From the IMG/VR virus record IMGVR_UViG_3300042400_000613, positions 1-64,000 of that record: a DNA stretch of 64,000 nt; one strand, 5' to 3'. Position numbers and translations under genes: made by a program. The notes beneath the pieces are model-generated. The model was not told the DNA's origin. It did no database searches and was given only the letters and a program-made list of their open reading frames with translations. The stretch is from a virus. Positions 30,083 to 39,847 of the stretch are shown piece after piece (positions within the stretch are counted from its first letter, which is position 1; the number at the start of each line of letters is the position of its first letter).

Positions 30083-31945
30083 ATGGCAGAAAGAATAGTC
30101 AGTCCTGGCGTATTTACAAGAGAAAAAGACCTTAGTTTTTTACCTTTAGAAATACAAGCTATAGGAGCGGCGGTTGTAGGTCCTACTTTAAAAGGACCCG
30201 CGTTCGTTCCTTCTACAATCTCCTCTTATGAGGAATACCTTAGAGCTTTTGGTGGAGCCTTTAGTTCGGGTTCCGGTACATCCGAAAGACAGTACAAGTT
30301 CTTAACAGACTATGTAGCACAAGAATATTTGAGATATGCTGAAAATTTAACCGTAGTTAGGGTACTAGCCGGTAATTATCAGTACGCAAGTTCAAATGTA
30401 GTAACTAGAGGCGCTTATGCTGCTGCTCCTGCTGGTATTAAGGCTCGATTAACAGGCTCTTACTTTACAGCCGCTCAACAAACTTTTAAACTCACTGTAG
30501 TATCTCCGGGTAATTATGTAAATACATCACTCACTTCTATTGCCTCTAATAATGGAATAGGAAACCCTAATGATGACTCTACAGGAGGAGTGTTGAACAT
30601 AGGAAACAGAGAGAATTTAAGATGGGAAGTAAGAGACGTTAACACTGATTTAGGTACTTTTGATTTGTACATAAGAAGAGGAGACGACAGACACAACAGA
30701 AAAGTAATTGTAGAGCAGTACAATGATTTAACTTTAGACCCTAACGATACTAACTACATCGGTAGAGTTATCGGAGATCAAATGTACACATTAAGGTATG
30801 ATTCTGATGGTATTCCTTTCTTGCAGTTAAGCGGATCTTTCCCTAACAGATCAAGATATATCCGAGTAGAGGTATTTAAAGAAAATTATAACTACTTAAA
30901 TGAAAATGGACAGATAAGAGTTGCTGCATTCTCTAGTAGTTTGCCCGCTGAAGTATCTGGTACTTTCTCCGGAGGTTCCGATGGATATGTAAAACACCCA
31001 AGATCATTCTTTGATAAAATTAGTGGACAAAACAGCCAGGGATTCAATTTAGATGATTTAGCAGGCGGAGCTTCTGGTTCAACTGCTTATATGGATGCTA
31101 TTGACATTTTAGCCAATGCAGATGAATATGATATCAACATGTTACTCATGCCTGGAATTATTGACGGAGTAGGTGAACAACATGGTGAAATTATAACAAA
31201 AGCGATTGCCATGATTGAAAATAGAGGAGATATTTTCATGGTGATTGACCCAACTAGATACGGTGATACTATTGGACAAGCTATAAACGCAGCCTTAGCA
31301 AGAAATACTTCTTATGCTGCTTACTACTATCCATGGGTACAAATAGCTGACGCTGACTTAGGAAGAAATGTATGGGTTCCACCATCCACTGTAGTATCAG
31401 GAGTTATTGCATTCAATGACTACGTACAGTTTCCTTGGTATGCTCCAGCCGGTTTAAATAGAGGTGCCATTGACGTAGCTCTACAGGCAGAGAGAAAATT
31501 AACTTTAGGAGATAGAGATAGACTTTATACTTACAATATTAATCCTATTGCTACTTATCCAAGAGAAGGTGTAGTTGTATGGGGACAGAAGACTTTACAG
31601 AAGAAAAGATCTGCACTTGATAGGATTAACGTAAGAAGGCTATTAATCACTGCTAAAAAATTCATTGCATCATCTTCTAGGTATCTAGTATTCGAACAAA
31701 ATACAAAAGAAACAAGACTTAGATTCTTAAGTATTGTTGAACCTTACTTGGAAAGCGTTAGAAGAAATCAAGGTTTATATGATTTTAGAGTAATTATGGA
31801 TGAATCCAATAATACTCCCGATGTTCTTGACAGAAATGAGTTAAGAGGTGCTATTTATTTAAAACCTACTAGAACCGCGGAATTCATAATCTTAGATTTC
31901 TTTGTGTTACCTACAGGAGCTTCTTTCCCTGGTGATACAGAATAA
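30083..31945 (+). CDS. Contractile tail sheath protein
   Basis: SPGVFTREKD, YYPWV, WVPPS, PWYAPAGLNRG, INPI, VWGQKTL, DRINVRRL, FEQN, KPTRTAEFIILDF. Confidence 0.96.
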   Translation: MAERIVSPGVFTREKDLSFLPLEIQAIGAAVVGPTLKGPAFVPSTISSYEEYLRAFGGAFSSGSGTSERQYKFLTDYVAQEYLRYAENLTVVRVLAGNYQYASSNVVTRGAYAAAPAGIKARLTGSYFTAAQQTFKLTVVSPGNYVNTSLTSIASNNGIGNPNDDSTGGVLNIGNRENLRWEVRDVNTDLGTFDLYIRRGDDRHNRKVIVEQYNDLTLDPNDTNYIGRVIGDQMYTLRYDSDGIPFLQLSGSFPNRSRYIRVEVFKENYNYLNENGQIRVAAFSSSLPAEVSGTFSGGSDGYVKHPRSFFDKISGQNSQGFNLDDLAGGASGSTAYMDAIDILANADEYDINMLLMPGIIDGVGEQHGEIITKAIAMIENRGDIFMVIDPTRYGDTIGQAINAALARNTSYAAYYYPWVQIADADLGRNVWVPPSTVVSGVIAFNDYVQFPWYAPAGLNRGAIDVALQAERKLTLGDRDRLYTYNINPIATYPREGVVVWGQKTLQKKRSALDRINVRRLLITAKKFIASSSRYLVFEQNTKETRLRFLSIVEPYLESVRRNQGLYDFRVIMDESNNTPDVLDRNELRGAIYLKPTRTAEFIILDFFVLPTGASFPGDTE

Positions 31946-31964
31946 ACAAAAAAAATAGACTAAA

Positions 31965-32555
31965 ATGGCATTTATAAACTCCCCATTTAAATATTTTAAC
32001 CCTAAGCAGCAGATGAGATACGTCCTCTATATCAATGATAGAGGAATGGACATCCCTACTTATATGGTTAAAACAGCGGATAGGCCCTCGCTAGATCAAA
32101 ATCCAGTAACTGTAGATTATATCAATACAGAATTTAAGGTTAAAGGTAAATCTAGGTGGCAAGATATCTCTGTAACATTATATGACCCAATTGAAGTAAA
32201 CGGTGCTAGACTTCTGCACGACTGGATTAGTAAACTTCACCATAACTCCGGATTACTCCAACCTGGCACAGGATTAGTAACCCCGGGAGAAGATGGATAT
32301 ATCTGGGAATATAAGAGAACATTAAGATTTGAAGCGGTTAGTCCTCATGGAGATGCTGTAGATCAGTTCCTATTATACGGAGCTTTTATTGCAGATGCTA
32401 AGTGGGGCAACATGGATTTATCTTCGGATGATTTAAACATGTTGGATTTAACTATAACTTATGATTACGCAACCATGCCAGCTGTACAGAATGCAAATGT
32501 ACTGGTTCGTGACGTAGACGCATCGGTACCTGTAACAAGACCTAACGCAGGATAA
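31965..32555 (+). CDS. Tail tube protein (T4 gp19-like), paralogue 1
   Basis: FNPKQQMRY, KGKSRWQDISVTLYDPI, GAFIADAKWGNMDLSSDD...LTITYDYA. Confidence 0.8.
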   Translation: MAFINSPFKYFNPKQQMRYVLYINDRGMDIPTYMVKTADRPSLDQNPVTVDYINTEFKVKGKSRWQDISVTLYDPIEVNGARLLHDWISKLHHNSGLLQPGTGLVTPGEDGYIWEYKRTLRFEAVSPHGDAVDQFLLYGAFIADAKWGNMDLSSDDLNMLDLTITYDYATMPAVQNANVLVRDVDASVPVTRPNAG

Positions 32556-32567
32556 TTATTAATAAAC

Positions 32568-32595
32568 CACAGAGGTGCATTTATGCACCTCTGTG
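32568..32595. other. Perfect 13-bp inverted repeat between tube genes 1 and 2
   Basis: CACAGAGGTGCAT-TT-ATGCACCTCTGTG; no long U-tract follows. Confidence 0.8.
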
Positions 32596-32609
32596 CTTAT
32601 AAAATACAC

Positions 32610-33308
32610 ATGGCATTTACACACAAACCTTTTAAGTATTTTAATCCAAAGCAGCAAATGCGCTTTGAGTTATATATGCAGGCAGATCCTTTTGGTCCTT
32701 TTTTTCCTACGTATGCCATAAAATCAGCAGAAAGACCTACTTTAGAGAATAATCATATCACAGTAGATTACATAAATACAGAATTTCACGTTAAAGGAAA
32801 ATCAAGATGGCAGCCCATAACAATACGTTTTTATGATCCAATTGAAGATAATGGTGCCAAAATGTTACATGATTACATTAATAACTATCATCACAATTCC
32901 GGCACAACGGGAACATCTTTTAATCTTTTAACTCCGGGAGAAGATGGTTTTATACATGAATATAAAAGAACATTATATTTAAGATCATTATCACCTCATG
33001 GAGATGTCATGGATTCTTTCGTATTAGTAGGAGCATTTTTTGATTCTATTAAATGGGGAGAATTTGACATGTCTAGTGATGATTTAGTATTGATGGAAGG
33101 AACAATAGTATATGATTATGCCATGGTTAGAGGAAGTAAGGTGAAACTTCCTGATGTAGAAGGACCTGGATTAGATGGCGGAGGCGCTAATTTCGGAAAG
33201 CAATTAGGAGATGCAGCTATAAATATTGGAAAAGGAGCAGCTCAAGCAGCCGCTAATGCCGGAATAAGTGCATTAGGTAATTTGATTGGCGGCGGCGGAA
33301 GGAACTAG
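32610..33308 (+). CDS. Tail tube protein, paralogue 2
   Basis: MAFTHKPFKYFNPKQQMRF parallels paralogue 1 (MAFINSPFKYFNPKQQMRY), so the start is placed at 32610; Gly/Ala-rich C-terminal extension. Confidence 0.8.
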   Translation: MAFTHKPFKYFNPKQQMRFELYMQADPFGPFFPTYAIKSAERPTLENNHITVDYINTEFHVKGKSRWQPITIRFYDPIEDNGAKMLHDYINNYHHNSGTTGTSFNLLTPGEDGFIHEYKRTLYLRSLSPHGDVMDSFVLVGAFFDSIKWGEFDMSSDDLVLMEGTIVYDYAMVRGSKVKLPDVEGPGLDGGGANFGKQLGDAAINIGKGAAQAAANAGISALGNLIGGGGRN

Positions 33309-33362
33309 TTTTCTTTGTTTTGTATTAATTTTAAGTTTTTAGTATATTTATTATAAAAAGAA

Positions 33363-34124
33363 ATGGCTAAATCTACGCCCATATTTAGACAGAAAAAAAT
33401 AGACAGAACAGTAGCGATAGACTCTACGGGCGCTTCTGAATATACCCAATACAGACCTTTCGCCTATTTTGAACCTAAATTAAAAAATAGATTTGTCCTT
33501 TACTTAGACGTACAAGGAATTTATATACCTAGTTATTTAGTAAAATCAGCGACTAAGCCCGGATTTACCTACGATAATATAGAATTACAGTACATTAACA
33601 CAAAGACAAACTTTAAAGGTAAGATGACATGGGATCCTATAGAGATAGTACTATATGATCCTGTGGCAGCACATAGGTTTTCTCCTAGAGCAGCTAATAA
33701 TCCTTTTGTAGACTCCTTATCTAGTTCTGAGGAAGTTAATAATGATTCATCTGTTTTAATATACGAGTGGATACTAAACACACACTCAAACTACATAGAA
33801 GGAAAAGAATATGCGCTAGAAACATATAAGAAAACTTTAATATTAGAAACATTAATGCCGAGAACAAATATACAATCAGAAAGATGGGAAATACATGGTG
33901 CGTATGTTTCGGCAGTAAAATGGGGTGATTTAGATTTATCGGATGATTCTTTATCCACTTGTTCTGTAACAATTATGTATGATTATGCGTTAATAAAAGA
34001 CGCTAATCAAAGAAAGGTTATTCCTTACAATAAAGAGCGTATTAATCCATTAGAAACACTACCTGATTCTATTAAATCTCTTAATCAAAAAATTCCATCA
34101 GTAGGATTATTGCCAAGATCTTAA
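33363..34124 (+). CDS. Tail tube-like protein, paralogue 3
   Basis: FEPKLKNRF, KGKMTWDPIEIVLYDP, GAYVSAVKWGDLDLS...VTIMYDYA. Confidence 0.75.
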   Translation: MAKSTPIFRQKKIDRTVAIDSTGASEYTQYRPFAYFEPKLKNRFVLYLDVQGIYIPSYLVKSATKPGFTYDNIELQYINTKTNFKGKMTWDPIEIVLYDPVAAHRFSPRAANNPFVDSLSSSEEVNNDSSVLIYEWILNTHSNYIEGKEYALETYKKTLILETLMPRTNIQSERWEIHGAYVSAVKWGDLDLSDDSLSTCSVTIMYDYALIKDANQRKVIPYNKERINPLETLPDSIKSLNQKIPSVGLLPRS

Positions 34125-34146
34125 AAATTAAACAAACATAAATATT

Positions 34147-34992
34147 ATGAAGCCAGACAGAGAAGTTACATTTAATCAAAGTCCTAGCGAAGACGGTATG
34201 GAAATTCCTATTCCGGTTATTCCAACTGTCCCTCAAGGACTAAATCAGACTACATTATTAGTAGATTTACCATCTAGAGGTCTTTTTTACCCTAAAGAAA
34301 ATCCTCTATCCTCGGGTCAAGTAGAATTAAGATACATGACAGCTAAAGACGAGGACATCTTAACCAATCAAAACTATATCATGCAAGGAACGGCTATTGA
34401 AAGAATGTTCCGTAACTTGCTTGTATCAGAGATTGATTGGGATGATTTATTAGTTGGAGACAAGAATGCCATTATGATTGCATCTAGGATTGCAGCTTAT
34501 GGAGATGAGTACGTAATCCAAGTTACCACACCATCAGGTAATACACAGGACACGACAATCAATTTAAGTGAATTAAAGCCCAAACCGATTGACGAATCTG
34601 TATTAGTAACTAAGAATAGTAATTTATTTAAATTAACCTTACCTAAATCTAAAAAAGAAGTTCATGTTAAGTTATTAACAGGAAAAGAAGATAAGGAAAT
34701 TGACGCTATTGTTAAATCTTACGAGAAAGTAGGAAAAGATCCGGGCTTACTAACATTGAGATTGAAGCACATGATTGTCGCTCTTGATAATAATGTTGAC
34801 TTAGTGTACATTAGAAACTACATTGACACAGACTTATTAGCAGCAGACAGTAGAGCTATCAGATCTTTCTTAAGTAAAATTCAACCGGATGTAGATTTTA
34901 ACGTAGAAGTGATAGACCGGTACACCGGGGAGCCATTTCGCACTCCAGTGGTTTTCGATGAAAGATTTTTTTGGCCTGACCTCGAGAGATAG
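34147..34992 (+). CDS. Baseplate hub assembly/tail assembly chaperone (T4 gp26-like)
   Basis: DLPSRGLFY, LRYMTAKDEDIL, LLVGDKNAIMIASRIAAYG, ends FFWP; lies between tube genes and tape measure. Confidence 0.7.
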   Translation: MKPDREVTFNQSPSEDGMEIPIPVIPTVPQGLNQTTLLVDLPSRGLFYPKENPLSSGQVELRYMTAKDEDILTNQNYIMQGTAIERMFRNLLVSEIDWDDLLVGDKNAIMIASRIAAYGDEYVIQVTTPSGNTQDTTINLSELKPKPIDESVLVTKNSNLFKLTLPKSKKEVHVKLLTGKEDKEIDAIVKSYEKVGKDPGLLTLRLKHMIVALDNNVDLVYIRNYIDTDLLAADSRAIRSFLSKIQPDVDFNVEVIDRYTGEPFRTPVVFDERFFWPDLER

Positions 34993-35167
34993 ACAGTACA
35001 TATATGAAGAAGTTTTTCAACTAATTCATTATGGAAAAGGATTTACATATAATGATTTGATGGACATGCCTATATTTATTAGAAAATTCTTTTACAATAG
35101 ATTATTAGAAGCTTATGAAGAAAGAAATGAAGCAAATAAAAAAGCATCCAAAAAATCAAGAAGATAG
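34958..35167 (+). CDS. Tail assembly chaperone C-terminal segment (overlapping ORF, possible frameshift product)
   Basis: YEEVFQLIHYGKGFTYNDLMDMPIFIRKFF; overlaps the upstream gene across a T7 run. Confidence 0.6.
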   Translation: MKDFFGLTSRDRQYIYEEVFQLIHYGKGFTYNDLMDMPIFIRKFFYNRLLEAYEERNEANKKASKKSRR

Positions 35168-35168
35168 A

Positions 35169-35372
35169 ATGAAAGAAGTTAGGGAGGGGATTCTCTCCTC
35201 CCTTTTTTCATTATTAGCCATCCCTACACAATTAAAAATGGTGGGTAGAATGTATAATGCTGCAAAGGAAGATGAGAAATTAAAAAATCTAAGAGCCCAA
35301 AGATTACAGCGTCTGCAATCTCTAAAACATGATTCTGATTCTAATAATAAGCATTTTAAAAAGTATAAATAA
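35169..35372 (+). CDS. Small hypothetical protein
   Basis: ATG at 35169 directly after the upstream stop, in frame with the listed ORF 35115..35372. Confidence 0.45.
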   Translation: MKEVREGILSSLFSLLAIPTQLKMVGRMYNAAKEDEKLKNLRAQRLQRLQSLKHDSDSNNKHFKKYK

Positions 35373-35401
35373 CATCAAAGACTTAATAAATATGTGATAT
35401 A

Positions 35402-38400
35402 ATGGGAATAGATGCTATAAAAAAAATGGTAGAAGCCATCTTTAATGATTTAAGTCATTTTAAAGAGAAGTATGAATCGGCTTATGCGTCTTTAGTTACG
35501 ATAAAAGACGACGGTATAAAAGAATTACAAGCTAGTAAAAAAGATCGCTCCGCCAATTCCCAGAAAGAAATTGATCGACAAATAGAAGGTCTAAATATAG
35601 TTTACAAAAAAGAGCACGCAAAACATGAATCCTTATTAAAAAGTATAGATAGTGCTATAAAGGCAGCGAAATTGATTAAAAGCCACACAAATGTAAATGG
35701 CTACTCTATTACAACAATCCAAGAAGAATTAAATAATCTCATTCCATTTATTGAGACAGTATATACCGAGTCAAAGTTTCTAATAGGTAGAATAGAAATA
35801 GGATCGTATACATTAGGACAACAACTAGAGTTGAAAGAAAAGGGTCTTGATTATCCTAAAGGAAAAGAAAAGAAGTTTTTAGAAAAAGAACTACGTATAG
35901 CCTCTGTTAATTTAAATAATATTAACCCTGATGCTAAAGTAACATTAGGAGCTTTTAATAGAGCAAGAGGTGTAATCGACAAACAAGGAAACAGAACTGG
36001 AATAGAAGGTAAGTTATCTGATTTAAAGGAAAGAAAAAAGAATGAATGGTTAAAGCCAACAACTTTAGACTTAAAGAGAAAAAAAGAAAATAATGATATT
36101 ATTAGAAATCATTTAACAGATATTACTCCTGATAAGTTACACACTATACCTCAAAATGTACAAAAAAAAATAAAAGCATATATAGGAGGTGTAAGTATAT
36201 CTAGAGAAGAGCATTACAAAAAAGGAGACCCTTATAATGAATCAGACCTTGAACAATTAATATACGCAAAAACAGGAATGTCTAGAGAGGATATTCTGCA
36301 TAGTGAAAACTTATTTCCTAACCCAGAGGGATTAACAAATAAAAAAACGGAAGAAACTGCACAATCACCCGCAGAAATTAAATCTCCTGTAAAAAGAAAA
36401 GGAAAAAATAAAGCACCCGCAGACGTTATTTCTGATACAGCCTCTGTAGCTAATACATCATCACCCGCAAACATTACTTCTGATACAGCCTCTGTAGCTA
36501 ATACATCATCACTTGCAGACGTTATTTCTGATACAGCCTCTGTAACTAATACAACATCCCCGGGAAATAGAGGAGGTGGTAAAAAGAGAAGAATTTCAAT
36601 ACGTGGGAGAGGTGGTAGCATTGGAGGTGCAAGTACCGGAGGAGGGTCACAATCACCTATTGAAGAGATTAAGCCTAAAGTTGAATACGGAGGAGGGTCA
36701 CAATCACCAGGAGAAGTATCGGATGAAATGCTTAAAATAATTGAGCAAGCAGTATTTAATGGAACTGCTAGAGCTTTTAGTCAATTTTCAAATTCTCCGA
36801 TAAGCGCGCCATCTGAATTTAGTGATTCGGCAATAGATAAGATAGGAAATACAGTTTATGAAGCAATGAAAAAAGCTTTAGACTATTATTCTGCATCTCC
36901 TGCTTTAAATATGGTTTTATTTGGAATAGACCCATCTGTTATGAAGTTATTAAAAGACGAGTTAGGAGGTCTTTCTAGTACAGGGGGCGGGACAGGTGAT
37001 ATGGATAAATTAGCCGAAGAATTAAGAAAAAGTAGAGAGAGCAATGAAAACCTAGCTAAAATGCAAGAAGCTAGAAGAAAAAAAGCAGCAGCAGAAAAAA
37101 GAAAAAAAGATAAAGAAGCAGAAAAGGAAAAAAAGAGAATAGCGGATCCTAATTCACCCGAAAGTATAGCTAAAAAGAAAAAAGAAGCCGACGCAGCAGA
37201 AAGAGCTCAAAAGAAAAAAGATAAAGAAGACCCTAATTCACTAGAAAATATAGCAAAAGCAGAAGAAAAAAAGAGGAAAGAAGAAGAAAAAAAAGCTAAA
37301 GAAGATAAAGCAAAGTTAAAAGCCGAAAGAGAAGCAGACCCCTTTAGAAAAAGATTAAAGACAATATTTAAAGAAGGAGAACAGGAGCTATCATTTCTAT
37401 ATGCTAAGACAGATGCTTTTGTAGGATGGATTCCAGGATTTAACGACGCTATATTAGAGGCTAGAAAAAGTGCTTTAGAAACTTTACGAAAAGGGTACGA
37501 AGAATTTGATTTAGAATACGCAAACTCGGGTAGTGCGTTTAAGGGTATGAAAAAAGCAATATCAGAGATGTTTAAGATATCTCCCTTCACCGTTATAGTA
37601 GCAGGATTAACAACCATAGGAATACTTTTAGGTAAAACAATTTTTAATGCAGCTCAAAAAGTAAATACTCAAATAAAGGAAATAGCAGCAGAATTAGGAA
37701 CATCAAATAGACAATCCTATGAGATGTTTAAAAATGCTATGAATGCTCAAACTCAATTTGAAAATTTACATGCTAGCTTAAGAGATGTTATGGATGCTCA
37801 AAAAGGCATTCTAGGAGATTCTGGCATTTTATTAAGAACAAATGATAAAGCATTATCTGCCATAGCTGACAATGCAAAAAATATAGGATTGTCTGTAGAA
37901 TCTGCCGGTGCATTTTATGAGAATTTAAGAATGAAAGGGGCGGGTGATACTGAGGCGAATAATGTCATGACTGCATCACTAGAACTTGCAGATAAAAGAG
38001 GATTTTCTCCCCAATCCATAGTAGATGATATAGCTCAAAATGCTGAATTTGCATCAAAATATTTTTCTAAGATTAATAAAGATTCTAAATCTGCTCATAG
38101 AAATTTAATCGAAACTAATATACAAGTAAAAAACTTAGGATTAAATTTTCAGAAGGCATCTAAAATGACACAGCATTTATTGTCATTTGAGCAAAGCATT
38201 ACAGCAGAAGTTGAAGCATCTGTAGCATTAGGTACGCATGTTGATATTGGAAAAGCTAGAGAATTGCTTTTACAGGATGATATTGCCGGAGCGATGACAC
38301 AAATGATGAATGCCATTCCGGGAGGTTATGAAGGATTTCAAAATATGGATTTTGCGGAAAGGCAATTATCGGCAAATGCTTTGGGTCTTGAAGTATCCGA

Positions 38401-39838
38401 ACTAGAAAGAAGTTTATATCTCCGAGAAAAAATAAAACTGAGTAATTCCGAGGATTTGGAATTAGCCATGAGACATGATGACTATTTGAAAAAAATAGCA
38501 GGAACAAATGATGAACTTTATAGGACAGAATTAAATAAAGTACAAGCTGCCGAAAGATATAATACATCCATAGAAAAACTATCAGTATCATTTAGGTATG
38601 CTTTAGCTCCTGTTTTAGAAGCTGTAGTACCTGTAGTTGATTTATTAGCGGGTGCCATAAATAGATTAGCAGGGATTGTAAAATCATTCGTAGGTGGTAT
38701 AACTGGAGCTAATTCTGATGCTGCAATAGGGGGTGGAGGAATAAAAACCCCTGATATGTATCAAATGGGAGGAGGCGCTCTCATGGCAACCGTTATGGGA
38801 GGGCAGTTATTAAAAATGATGAGAGGACCTGCGGGAGCTAAATTAGGAGAAGCTGTAGGTAAAGTTAAAGGAAGTTTTGATACATTAACAGGAACATTAG
38901 GCACAAAGACAAATCCTATGTACGTTATATCATTAGGAGGAGGAGTAGGTGGAGTAGGCGGTGGCATAGGAGGAGGGAAGTTCGTTAATGGTAAATTTAG
39001 ATCTCAAGAAGTATTGGACAGGGCGGAATCTATTAGAAATATTAGAAACGCTAAAACCTCCACACCTAAACCCGGATTTTTAAAAGGAATAGTAAATAAT
39101 GCAAAAAGTTTAAATTTTGGGTCAATTGTAAAAAATACAATAAAAACAGGAGGTATAGCTTCGGCCTTTTTAGGAGTATTGGATTATGCAGACAGAAAAG
39201 TTCAAGGTCAATCTACAGCCCAAGCAGCTTCTGGAGCGATTTCAGGTGGACTAGGGAGCATAGGAGGTGCAGCTCTAGGCGCAGCCATAGGAACTATATT
39301 ATTGCCAGGAATAGGGACTATAATAGGAGGTATGCTAGGAGGATATGCAGGACACACAGCAGGTTCTAGAATGTCAGATTCATTTTTTAACAAAAAATCA
39401 TCCTCATCTTACGAAACACAACCATTTCAATATCAAGGAATGGGATTAAGCGCAACAGGATCTATATACGGGGGAGTTAATAAACCAACCGCAAAAGGAA
39501 TACCTGTAGAAACATCTATGGTTGATACCACTCCAACAACTCTTAAACCAAACTTTTCTAGTCCATTTAATACATTTCCTAATTATGGCACAACAAACAT
39601 GTCTAGGGAATCTGTAATGGTTAATAAGTCAAGTAAAAGCGTAGCCTCGACTGCTTTAGTGCAAAGTACTCTTAAGGAAAAAGAAAAAACGGATGATGCT
39701 CTAATAAAAGAGGCTCAAGAACAAACGAAATTAATGCAGGAAATGATAAAAAGATTAAATCAGCCGGCTTTAGCCTTTTTTAATGATGAGGGAAGAAAAC
39801 AAACAGCAAGCTATATTAGACTTAAAGGTACACCATAA
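35402..39838 (+). CDS. Tape measure protein (with long N-terminal extension)
   Basis: 1478 aa, helical and Ala/Gly-rich; LLSFEQSITAEVEASVALG; C-terminal GAALGAAIGTILLPGIGTIIGGMLGGYAG glycine zipper; follows the chaperones. Confidence 0.8.
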   Translation: MGIDAIKKMVEAIFNDLSHFKEKYESAYASLVTIKDDGIKELQASKKDRSANSQKEIDRQIEGLNIVYKKEHAKHESLLKSIDSAIKAAKLIKSHTNVNGYSITTIQEELNNLIPFIETVYTESKFLIGRIEIGSYTLGQQLELKEKGLDYPKGKEKKFLEKELRIASVNLNNINPDAKVTLGAFNRARGVIDKQGNRTGIEGKLSDLKERKKNEWLKPTTLDLKRKKENNDIIRNHLTDITPDKLHTIPQNVQKKIKAYIGGVSISREEHYKKGDPYNESDLEQLIYAKTGMSREDILHSENLFPNPEGLTNKKTEETAQSPAEIKSPVKRKGKNKAPADVISDTASVANTSSPANITSDTASVANTSSLADVISDTASVTNTTSPGNRGGGKKRRISIRGRGGSIGGASTGGGSQSPIEEIKPKVEYGGGSQSPGEVSDEMLKIIEQAVFNGTARAFSQFSNSPISAPSEFSDSAIDKIGNTVYEAMKKALDYYSASPALNMVLFGIDPSVMKLLKDELGGLSSTGGGTGDMDKLAEELRKSRESNENLAKMQEARRKKAAAEKRKKDKEAEKEKKRIADPNSPESIAKKKKEADAAERAQKKKDKEDPNSLENIAKAEEKKRKEEEKKAKEDKAKLKAEREADPFRKRLKTIFKEGEQELSFLYAKTDAFVGWIPGFNDAILEARKSALETLRKGYEEFDLEYANSGSAFKGMKKAISEMFKISPFTVIVAGLTTIGILLGKTIFNAAQKVNTQIKEIAAELGTSNRQSYEMFKNAMNAQTQFENLHASLRDVMDAQKGILGDSGILLRTNDKALSAIADNAKNIGLSVESAGAFYENLRMKGAGDTEANNVMTASLELADKRGFSPQSIVDDIAQNAEFASKYFSKINKDSKSAHRNLIETNIQVKNLGLNFQKASKMTQHLLSFEQSITAEVEASVALGTHVDIGKARELLLQDDIAGAMTQMMNAIPGGYEGFQNMDFAERQLSANALGLEVSELERSLYLREKIKLSNSEDLELAMRHDDYLKKIAGTNDELYRTELNKVQAAERYNTSIEKLSVSFRYALAPVLEAVVPVVDLLAGAINRLAGIVKSFVGGITGANSDAAIGGGGIKTPDMYQMGGGALMATVMGGQLLKMMRGPAGAKLGEAVGKVKGSFDTLTGTLGTKTNPMYVISLGGGVGGVGGGIGGGKFVNGKFRSQEVLDRAESIRNIRNAKTSTPKPGFLKGIVNNAKSLNFGSIVKNTIKTGGIASAFLGVLDYADRKVQGQSTAQAASGAISGGLGSIGGAALGAAIGTILLPGIGTIIGGMLGGYAGHTAGSRMSDSFFNKKSSSSYETQPFQYQGMGLSATGSIYGGVNKPTAKGIPVETSMVDTTPTTLKPNFSSPFNTFPNYGTTNMSRESVMVNKSSKSVASTALVQSTLKEKEKTDDALIKEAQEQTKLMQEMIKRLNQPALAFFNDEGRKQTASYIRLKGTP
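36414..36557 (+). repeat. Three tandem 48-bp repeats (PADVISDTASVANTSS) in the tape measure gene
   Basis: cacccgcagacgttatttctgatacagcctctgtagctaatacatcat-type units at 36414, 36462 and 36510. Confidence 0.92.
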
Positions 39839-39847
39839 AAATTAATC

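Noticed and set aside
32583-32609. Listed start of tube paralogue 2 at 32583
   Set aside because: This ATG is inside the palindrome; homology to paralogue 1 begins at ATG 32610.
36414-36557. 48-bp direct repeats as a possible CRISPR array
   Set aside because: The repeats are contiguous with no unique spacers and are in frame within the tape measure gene.
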